64,000 bases of DNA from Dicyema japonicum (Eukaryota > Animalia > Dicyemida), in assembly GCA_011109175.1 (NCBI GenBank), contig RDEW01000027.1, positions 858,511 through 922,510 of the forward strand. The letters run 5' to 3'. A model generated the notes under the pieces. The model saw only the letters and a program-made list of their open reading frames with translations, searched no databases and had not been told where the DNA came from. Numbering within the stretch: the first letter of the stretch is position 1; each line of letters opens with the position of its first letter. The translations under genes and the position numbers were made by a program. Positions 1 through 12,260 of the stretch are shown here, in pieces.

Positions 1-158
1 GAAGGTATAGTCCAGAGCATCTATAGCAAAATGATTCTAAGACGGAATAGCCAAGCAGTCAGGGCGGCCGTTATAAAACTATTTCTTAATTCTATTTTAT
101 AAATTCGTTAACTTAAAATGGCCTAAATAAAGTAGTTATATTTAAGAAATATTAAAAA

Positions 159-239
159 CGCATTGGCAGGATTCGAACCTGCGCGGGCGAACCCCAGCAG
201 CTTTCTAGGCTGCCGCCTTAACCGCTCGGCCACCAATGC
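159..239 (-). tRNA. tRNA-Ser (anticodon AGA)
   Basis: Reverse complement folds as a cloverleaf: acceptor GCATTGG/CCAATGC, anticodon arm GCAGC-CTAGAAA-GCTGC, long variable arm, T-loop GGTTCGAATCC, discriminator G, followed by a TTTTT terminator. Confidence 0.85.
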
Positions 240-699
240 ATTATCCATTCAATTATCATTTTAAAACCATTACTTATATTATTTTTAGACAATATTTAAA
301 TCGTTTTATAATTTATAAACTATTCTACTTAGAATTTAATCCTTAATTAATATATTAAACAAAATTGAGTTGTTTGTACATTCTTTAATCTCATATTCTA
401 TTTAATTCAATTGATGTGCTCTCATATAATTTCAACAAATTTCTTCTCCTCGAAATTAAATTTTAAGGGTGCATTTCAGGCTTTGGGCTGTTTCTCAATA
501 GTGAGAGCTCATCTTGATAAAAAAAGACATGCTATGAAAAGAAACAACTTCTGACACAATCTCACCAATCTCCTATCTTTTCGAGCAATCGTCGACTAAT
601 TTGAAGTTAGAGACAAAGTTGGACGTCTGAAGTGGACCAAGCTACTCGAGCATAATTCATAAAATATCTCGTGGTGAATTCCCTTAGATCCTCTACTAA

Positions 700-1710
700 G
701 AACGATTTGTGATTCTTTCAAATGACCCTCCTGCGAATTTTTATTATATTTCTGACATTATTTAAGCTGGACAATGAACATACGAAACTCTCATATTTCT
801 CTCGGAAGAATAGCGATTGAACAGAATACATGTAAGTCAAACTGGCTAAGTTTAAGAAGCAGCTCAAAGAAACAATAGTACCTGCCAAACAGAAATGAAA
901 ATAACAGGTTTGACGATGATACGATGGATACATTTCGCCAATGTGGATATCGAAAGGCAAAGAAGGGTGAATTTGGGCGAATCCTGCTTGTATTCAGAAT
1001 GAGAAAAAAATTTGAACCCACAGATCTAGAAAAACCCCAGAAAAAAATTGATGAATATAAAGTTGCAGCCAATGACTCTATTGGCAGCTTCCTGGATTGC
1101 GGACAGTTTTAGGAGAGAAGATCTGGAAATAGTCATTGACCACGACTCATTTACGTATGTCAATGCCGGTTGTGCAAATTGCGATCATCGCAAGATAATA
1201 CGTGGAAATTAAACTCCAAATGTTCCACATTGGGATCGCATATCTGGATGTGTGCCATACCCCATAGACCTTGAGGAAAATTGCATGCTCAATTAATACA
1301 AGTCGGTTACAAATTGTATGAACAGAAAATTGACAGACTATATTGAGGCATACAGTCTGATCAGCGACAGTCAATTAAGAACTCGAGAATGCGTCAAGGG
1401 GCTAAGGTACAGGCAACAATTGACCAGTGAATTAACCAGCAGAATTGAAATAATTTAAAAATTGTGTGGATGGATGTAAAGAAAGCTTTTAACTTGGTTG
1501 ATCGTGATTTTCTGTATAGGTTTCTCGACAATTTGAATTTCCTTACTGGATCGTGAATTTCGTGAAAAACTTTGTCACAAAGTGGAAAATTAAGTTGAAT
1601 TTACGTTCAAAGAAATTTGGAAAATTAAAATGATGGGAAGATACTCCAAGGTGACTTTTGTCACCGTAGATATTCGTGATAGACCCATTGAACAGGATAT
1701 TAAATGCAAC
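700..1710 (+). mobile_element. Degenerate non-LTR retrotransposon (APE-RT linker and RT remnant)
   Basis: Interrupted frames contain DVKKAFNLVD (D-x-KAFD-x-V motif, ~1475) and ILQGD (~1645). Confidence 0.55.
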
Positions 1711-1723
1711 ATACCCCAAAGTG

Positions 1724-2030
1724 TGGCTTAGTGGTTAGGTGTCGGGCTTAAGTGGCTTAGGCTACGGGTTCGAATCTCGCTGCTGTTCACCTGCTGGAAG
1801 GTTCCACGCATCTACGATGCAGTAATGGTTTGACGAGTGACGCCGTCATCAGTGAATACTCACTGCGGAACTGGATTTGTCTAGAAAGGACACTCACACA
1901 AGAAAAAGAAAAAAGAAGTGAAGATCATTCCTTGGTTCTACGATTAGTTAAATTAACTGTTCTTTACTTAAATAAAGTGTGTGTCCTGCCTATGCGGAGC
2001 TATAAAATACTATGGCTCTCGTGAAATGGC

Positions 2031-2060
<30 letters not shown>
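1724..2060 (+). mobile_element. tRNA-derived SINE, slightly 5'-truncated, (TTA)n tail
   Basis: A box TGGCTTAGTGG, B box GGTTCGAATC and ATT-repeat tail; 13-bp TSD ATACCCCAAAGTG at 1711-1723 and 2061-2073; near-identical inverted copy at 8809-9141. Confidence 0.9.
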
Positions 2061-2063
<3 letters not shown>

Positions 2064-3559
2064 CCCCAAAGTGGCTATAGATAACCACGACTATAGATCT
2101 ATTCCGCAACAAACCACCAACCTTTTATGGACAACCTAAAAATATTTTCCCAAAGGTAAGCCATAGGAATGAGGATTATAAATTGGGGTTAATACTTCCT
2201 TTATGGCGCTGGAGTTGGATGAAATGCCGAAAAGTCTTCTACTAATGTCCAAGAGTTGGGGTCTGAAGCTAGTTTGCTTGATGGAATGAGTTGATATAGA
2301 TTTCATGGAAAATTAGAGGACAAAAAACAACGTCTTAAAAACGTTCAAATTAATCTTCGATGTGGTAAAAATGAGGATAGGCAACATGGTAGACGACTTT
2401 TTTTTCGACTGTTTGATGAGATCACTTCAACATTGTCGAATTATCCCTATTATTATCGAACATGGATAACTCTCTAAAATCTGAAGGAATCCTATGTTTT
2501 ACATACGACCATAATTTATTCTTCAACAATTTGGGGAAAAGTGCAGCTTCTGTAATTCTGCAAAGAAAAGTGTTTTCCACTTTGGAAGCAAGGTGTGGTA
2601 AAATGATGAACATTGATTTTCGATGACATAATAAAGTAGTGAGATGCATACATCTGCATCTATGTGGCAATATGGAATAAAACAGTCAAAGAGTTTGAAA
2701 AATCACCACGTGCAATCCACAGTCGCTATGAGGCTGTATTGATTCTAGTAGATACGACAGTAAGTACCGATATCGATGGTTCTGATCGAAATTGAGGCGC
2801 CTTGCAATATTTATTGAAAAAGTAGAAGTGTTTTTTTTTTAATTTTTTTCTTAGAAAAATTGAATAATTTTTGAATGAGAAAGAGTTTTAGGCGATTGAA
2901 ATTGAGGTTTTATTGCCTAAAATATTTCTGATATTATCTGATGAAAATGGAAATCAGTTATTTTCCCAATGAAGCATACTTGAAGTTTTTAATGCAAAAA
3001 ATAGGCGAATTGTTTATCGTTGCAATGGTAATTGCGTTTGATAGACAGAATCTGGTACCATTGGTCAACTTACAAAGCATCCCCCTCTACGAAATTTTTT
3101 AAAATACTTAGAAATCACCAGATATATGAGAAGATTCCGAGCCCGTTATAGATGGTGGTTCATGATGCTCGTCCTTGTCGATTCAGCCCCCCTTGTTGGC
3201 CTGGAATCATTTAGATGGGACATTCTTAACCAAGTAGTCCTGCAGCAATAATTCCTGGTGGAACTAAATACGATATCGCCTTTTGGAATTAGAAATTACA
3301 GGAGGCAACTTCAACATATAAAGGGTTACTCAAAGATGGGATGAGACTACCAGGGGCGAGATTAACGACTTCTCGGACACGTTTGGGATTCTCAATTGGA
3401 CTTGCAGATATAACGTCCGAATGGGCTGGCAGGCTGCCACCGGACACTTTGCAAGACATTGTAATGGAGCAAGAAGGTCCCTTCGCCGTGAAGGAAGTAA
3501 AGTCCTGCGGAATGCCAGGAACAAACCAACGGAAGATTATTTATCAACCCGATGGTCAA

Positions 3560-3960
3560 CCAGCAACGGAGTGAGCTATAGTGGCTGCCCGGTGACTAGG
3601 AAAGCTGGGCCTCTGTGAGAAGATCAGATGATTATTGAGCGAAACACGAAAGGCAGAATTCCTCCTACCCACGAAACACAAGTCATTATTATTAACCTCA
3701 GGCTTACATTCTTTTGTAAGTCCAGCACAGTCATAACTAATTAATCCAAGGAAAAAACCCAAGGAGAACATCTGCTTTGCCGACCAAATCCATCTTCCAA
3801 TAGTACATTACAGGCTTCCGCTTCAGAAGAAGGTAGAGAAGTAGATCCGCCTTTTTCCATTTTCATCGCACCTCCTAACGTCGCGGACATCACTTCATTC
3901 TTCGGCGGAATGGTTTCCATAATGTAATCTTCACCAGAGGATTTAGTCTTCTCCCTGACT
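3560..3960 (-). mobile_element. LINE 3' end (C-terminus and 3' UTR), family shared with 18100-18365 and 28791-29060
   Basis: Shares GAAGCGGAAGCCTG...GATTTGGT...TTAATTAG...AAGCCTG(A/G)(G/A)GTT with the other two copies; ends in (ATA)n. Confidence 0.6.
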
Positions 3961-4239
3961 AAACCAGAGGTCGACTAAAAATATACTGATATTTACTTGA
4001 TTTAATTAAATAATTTTTTTAATACAAAAGAAAAACGTAAAAACTAGCAGTAAGCAACTTCTGGCAGCTCTCATTAAAAAATTCACATTTTATAAGCGCA
4101 ATTAGATATTTAAAATATTTTCTTATTCAAAAAACAGTGTCTAACGCATTGACTATGATTTTTTATACTTGGTCTAAAAAAATCCACTTATTCTTCCCAA
4201 TCTAAAAAGATTGCCTTTCCTGGAAGGTCGCCTTTCTGA

Positions 4240-4760
4240 TCTACCTCACCCGAGTTGATGGAAGTTCGACTGATGCTCTCCTGTAACATAAAACCAAACT
4301 TTGGACCATCGAAGCCCTTGTCAAATTAACATAAACGAAAAAAGTAAAGGTCCTTGAACTCAGGAACCTTTTGAAAAAACCAGGAGGCTGACAAATGCAT
4401 ACTTCAAGATACAAGACTGTCTACCTCCACTCACACCCCGTCTTCTATGGTTATAACATTACCCGACGTGAGCGCCCATCTTGTCACGATGGCGGAGTCA
4501 TCACACTAATCAGAAAAAAATTGCCAACGCAGATATAGAATATGTTCACTTTCCCCCTTCTGTGGAGTACATCATCATTTCAATTTCAACAAACGTTGGC
4601 AACATCACCATATTAAACATGTACTGAGCGCTGAGATATTCCCTTCTCTCCATTCTAAAATATCGAAGACGCTGGATTTACTTGCCTTCTTGAATCCGTT
4701 GGTAATGGTGAACGACCGTGGTGGTGAACCAAGAGAGGTGTTTTGGTTGCGATTCAACGT
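4240..4760 (+). mobile_element. LINE 5' region: decayed 2A-like peptide followed by an APE endonuclease fragment
   Basis: LMLSCNIKPNFGP at 4270-4308, then CILQDTRLSTSTHTPSFYGYNITRRERPSCHDGGVITLIRK (APE QET...RxDR...GGV pattern). Confidence 0.65.
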
Positions 4761-5135
4761 GCACAGATACTATCGCAAACACATCAAGTCATCGTTGTGC
4801 TCGGGTTCAGTATCTAGTACTGCTAAAGATTTGAAAAAGAGGAAGTACCGTGGCAATGGTGATTGACTAGCCATCCAGCATAGTACCAACAATGACACGA
4901 TGCCTCTTAAGATTCATTTGAGTTAATAAGGGGATCAACAGAAGAAATTGGGGTCTCAAGTCGTTGCTCTTGACTGTGAGCAGACGTCCCAACATTTAGT
5001 TTATTTTTTTAAAAAAATTTATTCAGTCAGGGCCGGCCGTTATAAAACTATTTCTTAATTTTATTTTTATAAATTCGTTAACTTAACTTAAAAATGGGTT
5101 AAATAAAAGTAGTTATATTTAAGAAATATTAAAAA

Positions 5136-5218
5136 CGCATTGGACAGGATTCCTACCTGCGCGGGGCGAACCCCAGCAGCTTTCTAGGCTGCCGACTTAA
5201 CCACTCAGCCACCAATCC
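5136..5218 (-). pseudogene. tRNA-Ser(AGA) pseudogene, duplicate of 159-239 with its 3' flank (5024-5216 matches 56-237)
   Basis: Same anticodon arm and ~100-bp flank; T-loop/B box mutated (GTTCGAATC to GTAGGAATC), indels in the T and variable arms, and the acceptor 5' strand is lost. Confidence 0.75.
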
Positions 5219-5539
5219 TTTTATATTGCTAATATTCTTCTTATAATCATTTCTATCATTTTAATTGTTTTTGTTGAATTTTTTGTTAATGATCTTTGTT
5301 TCAGGCTCTTTTTGCTAATTGTTCCTTTTTGTTACAATCATTTATGGACAAGCAATTAAAAGGGAATAAGAATGACATAGCTGATTGTGTAGAGTTGCAA
5401 AATGGTGTAAAATTGGAACTTTAAGAAATTGTCTAGAAAAAATTAAGTTCCAAAATAAGGAAATTTAGTCTTTCTTTTACTTCTTTTTGAGAATCTTCAC
5501 CAGCAATCAACCTGACTTCTCTCTCTGACTGTGGGTTCG

Positions 5540-6690
5540 CCGGGTAGAAAATCCCTTTCCATTTTTTCGGATAAGGTCTTCAAGTTATGAGGGAATTAGT
5601 TTTTCTAGTTTTCCTAGATTATAATAGTAGTGGCTGTTAAGGCCTGAATGTCCCGATTCTTTGTTAGTTCGTCCAGGACAGGTTGATTCAGGCATAGCTG
5701 ACAGATGGCTCAATGAATTGTTTGTACAACAATTTCAAAGCTGAGAAAGGGGTTTTAATGCACCGAAGATAGTTTTGATTATCCTTAGCTTTTTGAGCAG
5801 CTTCCAGAGACAGCGTCGACGTGAGATGAAAAGGAATGTGTGTGTCGAAGGTGATCCCCAAGATTTTCAGTTTTTCGTGAAAGGTATTTTTGTCTGATTG
5901 ATAAATATATCCACTGTCATTTGTCCAAGTCGTTTGTCTGAGGTAAATAAAGGCGAAGAAGATTTTTCAGTAGATATATCAAGTCTGTTATAATTTAGCC
6001 AAATTTGAATCTTGTGAAGGAATTCTTGTAGTCTTTCTGATGCCTTTGGGATATCTTGATCGCGGGATCCGATTAATAGTCATCAGCATATGATAGAAAT
6101 CGTCTTTATTATCGTGTTGTGGTAAATCGGACATGTATAAGTTAAATAAGGCGGGTGATAAAGGGGAACCTTGTGGGACACCATTGGGTAGCAATCTTGA
6201 AACTGATTTGGTCCCATCCATGTATACCCGGGACCTTCTTCCATTGATGAAGTTGGCTAGCCAGAGTTTTATATTGGAGTTGACGGAGATGCAAACAATT
6301 TCTGGGTTAGGATTTTCCTGAGACAGACTCGAAGGCCTTTTGTAAATCGATCGAGCAAACGACAGTTTTGAGGTGGCAAGGATTTATATTAAAGTCTTCA
6401 AGGTTAAATTGGTTGAGGGAAGTTAGGTGGGTAGAAGTTGAATAACCCCTTCTGAATCCATGTTGTAGGATGAAAAAAGGAAAGGAAGGGGTTATAAGAT
6501 TAAGAATCAGTTTTTCCAATAATTTTGATAAGGTGCATAGTAAAGAGATTGATCGAAATGATGCAGGACTGTCCTTAGGCTTCCCAGGCTTAAGGATTGG
6601 GCGTATATGGACAGTTTCCAGATAGTTGGAATTGTATTCATGTTTATTGAATAATTGAAAATCACTGTGATTGCATCAATTGAATCTGCT
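5540..6690 (-). mobile_element. I/Ingi/Jockey-group LINE reverse transcriptase fragment
   Basis: QHGFRRGYSTSTHL, IDLQKAFESV, NGVPQGSPLSPALFNLYMSDLP and KILGITFD motifs across frameshifted segments. Confidence 0.85.
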
Positions 6691-8299
6691 GATAGTTGAT
6701 TGACTCATTGGATTTCCAGTTTCCCACACACTAATCGGCTGATAGTTGATTGACTCATTGGATTTCCAGTTTCTTAGTCTCGTTCCGAGTTAATTTTGAC
6801 TGAATCATTTTTTTCAATAAAAATTATTTTTGGAATTTTAAATATTTCACCAAATTAAAAAAATAATAGGAAGCTAGAAGATACTTGTTCGCGCTCCGTG
6901 TGCACATGGTCTATCTCAGCGCTTCCGATTCGTTTTGAGTTCCTACCCTCAAAAATTTTAAAAACCAATCTCCCGATTTTAAATCTAATAGAATTTGAAT
7001 TTTATTCAAAAATTAATTAGCTAGCTCTTTGAGACTTTTTCTGCCTTTTAGTTTTAATTAATTTTTTCGAAACGTGGTTTTTTGTTCGTTAGTGCAATTC
7101 TGAAATCGTTTTCACGGTTAGGACCGATTCGGTACTTAGTTTTTATATATAGTAGAGGTGAAAATCCAGATTCACGTTGTTTCAAATTTCACCAGAACTT
7201 GCAGTGCTCTTTTCGCATGGGTCTGAAGCCTAACTTGCGAACCGCAGTAAAAAACCTCCAAAGAATTAGTCGTGCAACATTTTCAGTGATGTACATGCTT
7301 GACTAAAATCAAATTGTCTTTATCCTCATCTTTATCAATATGATTTATCCGGCACTCGACACTGCGTTAGAATGACAAAAAACTCCACATCTTGCTTATT
7401 TGAGTTTTGAAATAATCTAAAATCTTAAGAAAATCTCTTCAAAGTCTTTATCATTCTGCCCTCACTTGTTTATGGATGTGAAGGATAGTTCTTTATTCCG
7501 AGGACAAAGGGGTCATTCTGCTATAGAAAATTCAAGGAGAATGGCTATCAAATTTGTTCTCCAATTAATGCCTAATATAAAACTGAGTACGGATCATGGA
7601 ATATTGAAAACTGTTAGAGTGTGGAGAAGAGGATTATATCTTTCCGTAAGAATTCATGTGGTTTGCCTTCAAATATCCAGATCATTGTAGATAAAACCAG
7701 TTGGGGAGGAACTACGGTGAAGACTCTAGACCCCTCAAGACAGAACCCATGTTATCAGAAAAGTCACTCAACTATGACCTAACTATCCGTAAAAATAATT
7801 AACTAAGAGACCAGTGTGTTCACATGGCGGCTCTTCGCTTACAAGATTTATTAGCAAAATTGGACTGGAAGAGATTTAAACTCTGATCTTATGTCCACCT
7901 GACGATTTCTTGTTCAAAACTTCGGGTTTCCAATATTTCATGTGTCCTTCACCTCATCCATGCTCACGAGAACAAAAAAATAAGAGTTTTCATTCATCAC
8001 AAAGCTAAGTAGACATTCCATGCGACACAGGTACATCACCTCAACCTTCCAACCAATTGACCACTTATTGGTCCTAAAAGATAAAAATTTTGCTATCTTA
8101 ACATTACCGAACTAAACATTTAAGAACTCTGGATATAGCGGGAAGAAGTTAAGAGTTAACTCTAATAAAGGTGTATCCAAATTCCACGGTCGGTGTGAGA
8201 TGTATCCTTTCAAGCATCACGTCTATTCATGTCCACCCATGACAGAGCCTTTCCACTAGAGTAAGGTAGAAACACTGCATCAATCAAATCTTTTTTCCG

Positions 8300-8760
8300 A
8301 GACCACCGTTAAAACGAAAAAAACAAACTAAGTGATCTGACAAATTTAATTCAGACTCTCAGCTTTGCTCGATGCTCTTGCCTCGATTCTACACAAGCTG
8401 GTCGGAGTCGGGTTTTCTTCTGATCACGTTTAATCAGGTCTCCCTCACGACTCTTTCGGATTAGGATCTCCAAGGGTGTGACATCATGTTCTTTTTGTTC
8501 ATAGACCACTTCTCAGTCTTTTTGTGTAACCACGCCCTTTTATGTGTAACCGCTATTTTCTGTGCATTAATCCAAGAGATGTAAGGTCCTCACGAAGCAC
8601 ATGCATAGGGAAGGCACGGCTCAATGTACTGAGAGTAATTTGCTTTTAGTATGGTTGGTCTCTGTTATGTTTTTTAGTAGTTTTATTTTTCTCACATTGT
8701 TTAACACATTTGCAACGCGTCACGAGAAGCACATATGCATATCACAGACCACTCCCAGGC
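8300..8760 (-). mobile_element. LINE 3' end remnant
   Basis: 8310-8420 resembles 62045-62150 (the 3' end of the LINE at 62045-62790), including GATCACTTAGTT. Confidence 0.5.
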
Positions 8761-8808
8761 TTCTTTGCCATTTCTTAACTGTCGGTGGAGATCAATAGCT
8801 AAATTATA

Positions 8809-9141
8809 ATAATAATAATAATAAAGCCTTTTCACGAGAGCCATAGTATTTTATAGCTCCGCATAGGCAGGACACACACTTTATTTAAGTAAAGAACAGT
8901 TAATTTTAACTAATCGTAGAACCAAGGAATGATCTTCACTTCTTTTTTCTTTTTCTTGTGTGAGTGTCCTTTCTAGACAAATCCAGTTCCGCAGTGAGTA
9001 TTCACTGATGACGGCGTCACTCGTCAAACCATTTCCTGCATCGTAGATGCGTGGAACCTTCCACCAGGTGAACAGCAGCGAGATTCGAACCCGTAGCCTA
9101 AGCCACTTAAGCCCGACACCTAACCACTAAGCCACCCGGCC
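8809..9141 (-). mobile_element. Full-length tRNA-derived SINE (~330 bp)
   Basis: Starts GGCCGGGTGGCTTAGTGG; B box GGTTCGAATC; (TTA)n tail; 11-bp TSD GCTAAATTATA at 8798-8808 and 9142-9152. Confidence 0.9.
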
Positions 9142-9206
9142 GCTAAATTATATTATCTAAAAAGTGAAATGAAGAAAAAATTTAATTAAAAAGAATCAAT
9201 TTACAG

Positions 9207-10432
9207 TCAATAAATATGGTAAACGTTACGGTAGTATAAATTGTTACGTTTTACCCGGCAAACAGCGTAAATACAGTCAAAATGCACCACAAACGAAACT
9301 GATAAACATTGGAGACTCAGATTGAAAAGAACATATTCCACAGTAATTTTTGAAAGGTCAAATTCATTGGAAATAGATGGGTCGATGGACATCACCTGCA
9401 TGAGCACACCATTAGTAAACACGGGGCTCTTCAAACTATTGATATCTCTAAATTCTCCCCATAGTTTGCATCAATGATATGTTCCGATCTTGGGATGCCG
9501 ACGACTAGCCCCAAAATGTGCTCTGATATCTGTTGGTTCTGTATTGGATAGAATATCAGATTGGAAAAAACTGGTAGTGGAATTCGTTGGGTCACAACGA
9601 CTCCTTCCTTCCAATCAAAGGTCATCACTCCGATGAAAGGGTATTCAAAGGACCGCATGTTTTCGTAGAAGATTGGAAAGACCACAACTTTGCTCTCGTT
9701 GACCACATAGTGTGCCGTAGAATAGCAAGGACTATCGGTTGTCCGCAATTCCGCGAAATGGGATAATTTCACATCAAAAGTGTAAAGATAAGTTTTCACG
9801 GATCCGTCAAGCTCGGTGAGAATTCCATGAAACACAATTTTATGGCCGACAAAAAACGTGGTGTAAGAATTGAGGTTCCTTAGTTCAGGGAACTCAAATC
9901 TTGTCCATATCCTTTCTTTTATTCGGTAAAAAAAGACTAGGCCATTGAGGGAGTACATAATCTCAAGAAGGTACTGAGAAATGGGTCGAATAACATCGCT
10001 AGTGAGAACAAGGATGGGGTCCAATCCATCCATACAAAATGGCACCAGATGAGCCTTCGACGTTGGAGGTGGTCGAATGTGTCCCTGAACATCCACACAG
10101 GACCATGCTCGGTCTCCAAATAAAGAAAATTGTTCAAAGCGGTTTGAGTACCGATGATGATGGCATCCTCCAAAACGGTAAAGAGTGTCCCCCATAATAC
10201 AGAGTTTTTGCTCGTCGACTATTTCAGAATTAATATATTCTTCAGAAATACAGTCAGCCTTTAACGTCGAAAGGTTTTTGATCTTCTTCAAGAACTCCAT
10301 CCTTCGTTTAGTTAGCATGTTCTGTATTAGGAAATTCCAGCTGCGACATACGAGCCTGAGGGAAATCAGCTGTGGAGAGGGAATGTATTGAAGGATTAGA
10401 TTCTGATGGTTCAAATTTATGTCGTCACACAT
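9207..10432 (-). CDS. FBXO42: F-box/kelch-like protein (FBXO42-like), intronless, one apparent frameshift near 9433
   Basis: N-terminal F-box (LILQYIPSPQLISLRLVCRSWNFLI) and kelch-type segments (LYRFGG, PPPTSKAHLV). The 333-aa ORF continues into the 75-aa ORF if one T is added in a T-run. Confidence 0.6.
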
Positions 10433-10529
10433 AGAACAACATAAAACAAAATTTAAATTAAATAAATAATATTTAATTATTAAGAATAAAATGAATGTTT
10501 AATTTCCTGTTACTTTTTGAATATAATAA

Positions 10530-11100
10530 ATTTCACACAGGCCCTTATCCAGAACACTCCAGTGAATATAAATGAAGCAATCGGAACCACATACCGCCAG
10601 ACAATCGCGTTGGCCGTGGAATATGCCTCTGCTACGTAGAGATTCGCGGTATCAGAGGCCACTATCCAAAGACTAAACTTACTGCAAAGGAAAACAATAC
10701 GTATGCTGGGACCACAATGTGGAACAAAAATACCTCCCCGGTTGACGGAAACTACAACTCGTAGATGTGGTTCCGGATCTCTTCGCATTTGCAAGGAAGA
10801 TGGACACCCACTACGCCTCTCACTGTTCCACGCAAAAGAAAATCAGTTGGCTAAGAATTTTCCGTCCGCAAATTCCTAAGATCAAATATGGTCCGCATAT
10901 CCAATTTCTCTGGGAAAAAGCCCACGCCTCTCCAAATTCTCATGAAAGAGGAACATCGTGGATTCAGAAAAACTGTGTGTACTATGGAAGATCACAGCAA
11001 AAGCTCTCGATCCTGTTGAGGTCAACCGGGATCACTTAATTAGTTGGTTTAACTCCTATCTTGGTATTCCCTTTTTCAGGGTTAGATAATAATAATAAAA
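10530..11100 (+). mobile_element. LINE 3' fragment (post-RT region and 3' UTR)
   Basis: TYRQTIALAVEYASAT*RFAVSEATIQRLNLLQRK matches the YASxxW thumb motif; same family as 41640-42090; ends GGGATCACTTA...GGGTTAGATAATAATAAT. Confidence 0.7.
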
Positions 11101-11429
11101 AAGGCAGAAAGGGGAAAGCGACTAAGCCGATAATCATCTTGTTCGCTTTCACTTATAAAAACTAAATTTGAATGACTAACTCCAAATGACTTTTAAACAC
11201 TCAGTAGATCGCCACCGCGAAAGAGAATTGTTTTTAAAAAACACAATATTAGTGATTTAATCAAATTGTCAATGAGAAATCGATTTAAGTCAATTCTCAA
11301 TTACGCATTTAGAATTGCGAATAATTATGCAACTATCGTTCACGACAATGACCTCTTTTTCTTGGCAGATGAAGCATGATTTGTTATTAATGTCTTTGAT
11401 TCTGTTTATGACTAAAACCACAAATTGGC

Positions 11430-11700
11430 ACAATAAAGGCTTAAAAAATAAGGGGAAATAAATAGTAATTTAGGCAGCATAAATGGCTGTTTCCTCTGAC
11501 AATAGATATCGAAATACGCGTCCGAAGCCATCTAGGCTCGAATTGATCATTGGTGACTTTTTGGATCATTGAGTCGATCCGACGGACTAAATCGCCCGGT
11601 TGTGAGCTAAGGATTCCTGACGTTTCAATACCAAAGGGGACAAACAAATGGTCCTTCAAAATACTTTAGTACTTCTTTCTTATGTGATCCTCTACTTGCT
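11430..11700 (-). mobile_element. CRE-clade non-LTR retrotransposon 3' end (RLE domain)
   Basis: FVPFGIETSG...WLRTRISISIVRGN, the typical CRE C-terminal motif. Confidence 0.7.
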
Positions 11701-12260
11701 TAGAAGAATAGCCAAGGTCTGATGGGGAGGCTTAAATGAACCTCATTTTTTTGAAATAAAGTACCTTCAATAATAGAATGATATTCCATTTATAGAGACT
11801 CTACAGCCCCGATCGTCCGTCTCTGAATTCCTTAGTTTTATTTCTTTTCTTCGACTTCTCCTAGTCTTCAGACTCTGTTAACCTTCGACAGATCACTGAT
11901 AAGTACTGACAGAATGTTAATGACCAGAGGAATATCACTTATCCCTAATTGCTAAAGTCGCCTAGTATATATCATTGAAAACGCTTTCGTATGCGTTTTT
12001 AGATATTCCGGCATAATATTAACAATTACTACAACCACAGGTGCAGTTTCTGAGATATATCAAAAACCAACAACAAGCATCAACAAATTAAAAATATATG
12101 AAATTTTAAAATTAATAAATTTTATATAAAACTTATTTAATCTTAGAATCAAAAATTTAGTAGAAATATTAATTAAAATATATAATCGATTAATTTTCGA
12201 GTTACTATGGAAATATATTGTTATTTTTGATTTTATAATTATACATTACATGAACTGCGA

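Noticed and set aside
924-1112. Possible viral or Polinton D5 helicase fragment (EYKVAANDSIGSFL)
   Set aside because: No Walker motifs. It runs into RT motifs and fits the APE-RT linker of a LINE.
2100-3330. Coding-like but unassigned sequence
   Set aside because: All frames are interrupted and no motif could be assigned; probably old transposon sequence.
6860-7200. Possible Helitron or MITE terminus (TATATATAGTAGAG)
   Set aside because: No second copy, partner end, hairpin or TSD could be established in the window.
10510-10794. Minus-strand membrane-protein-like ORF (94 aa)
   Set aside because: Antisense shadow of a plus-strand LINE thumb region.
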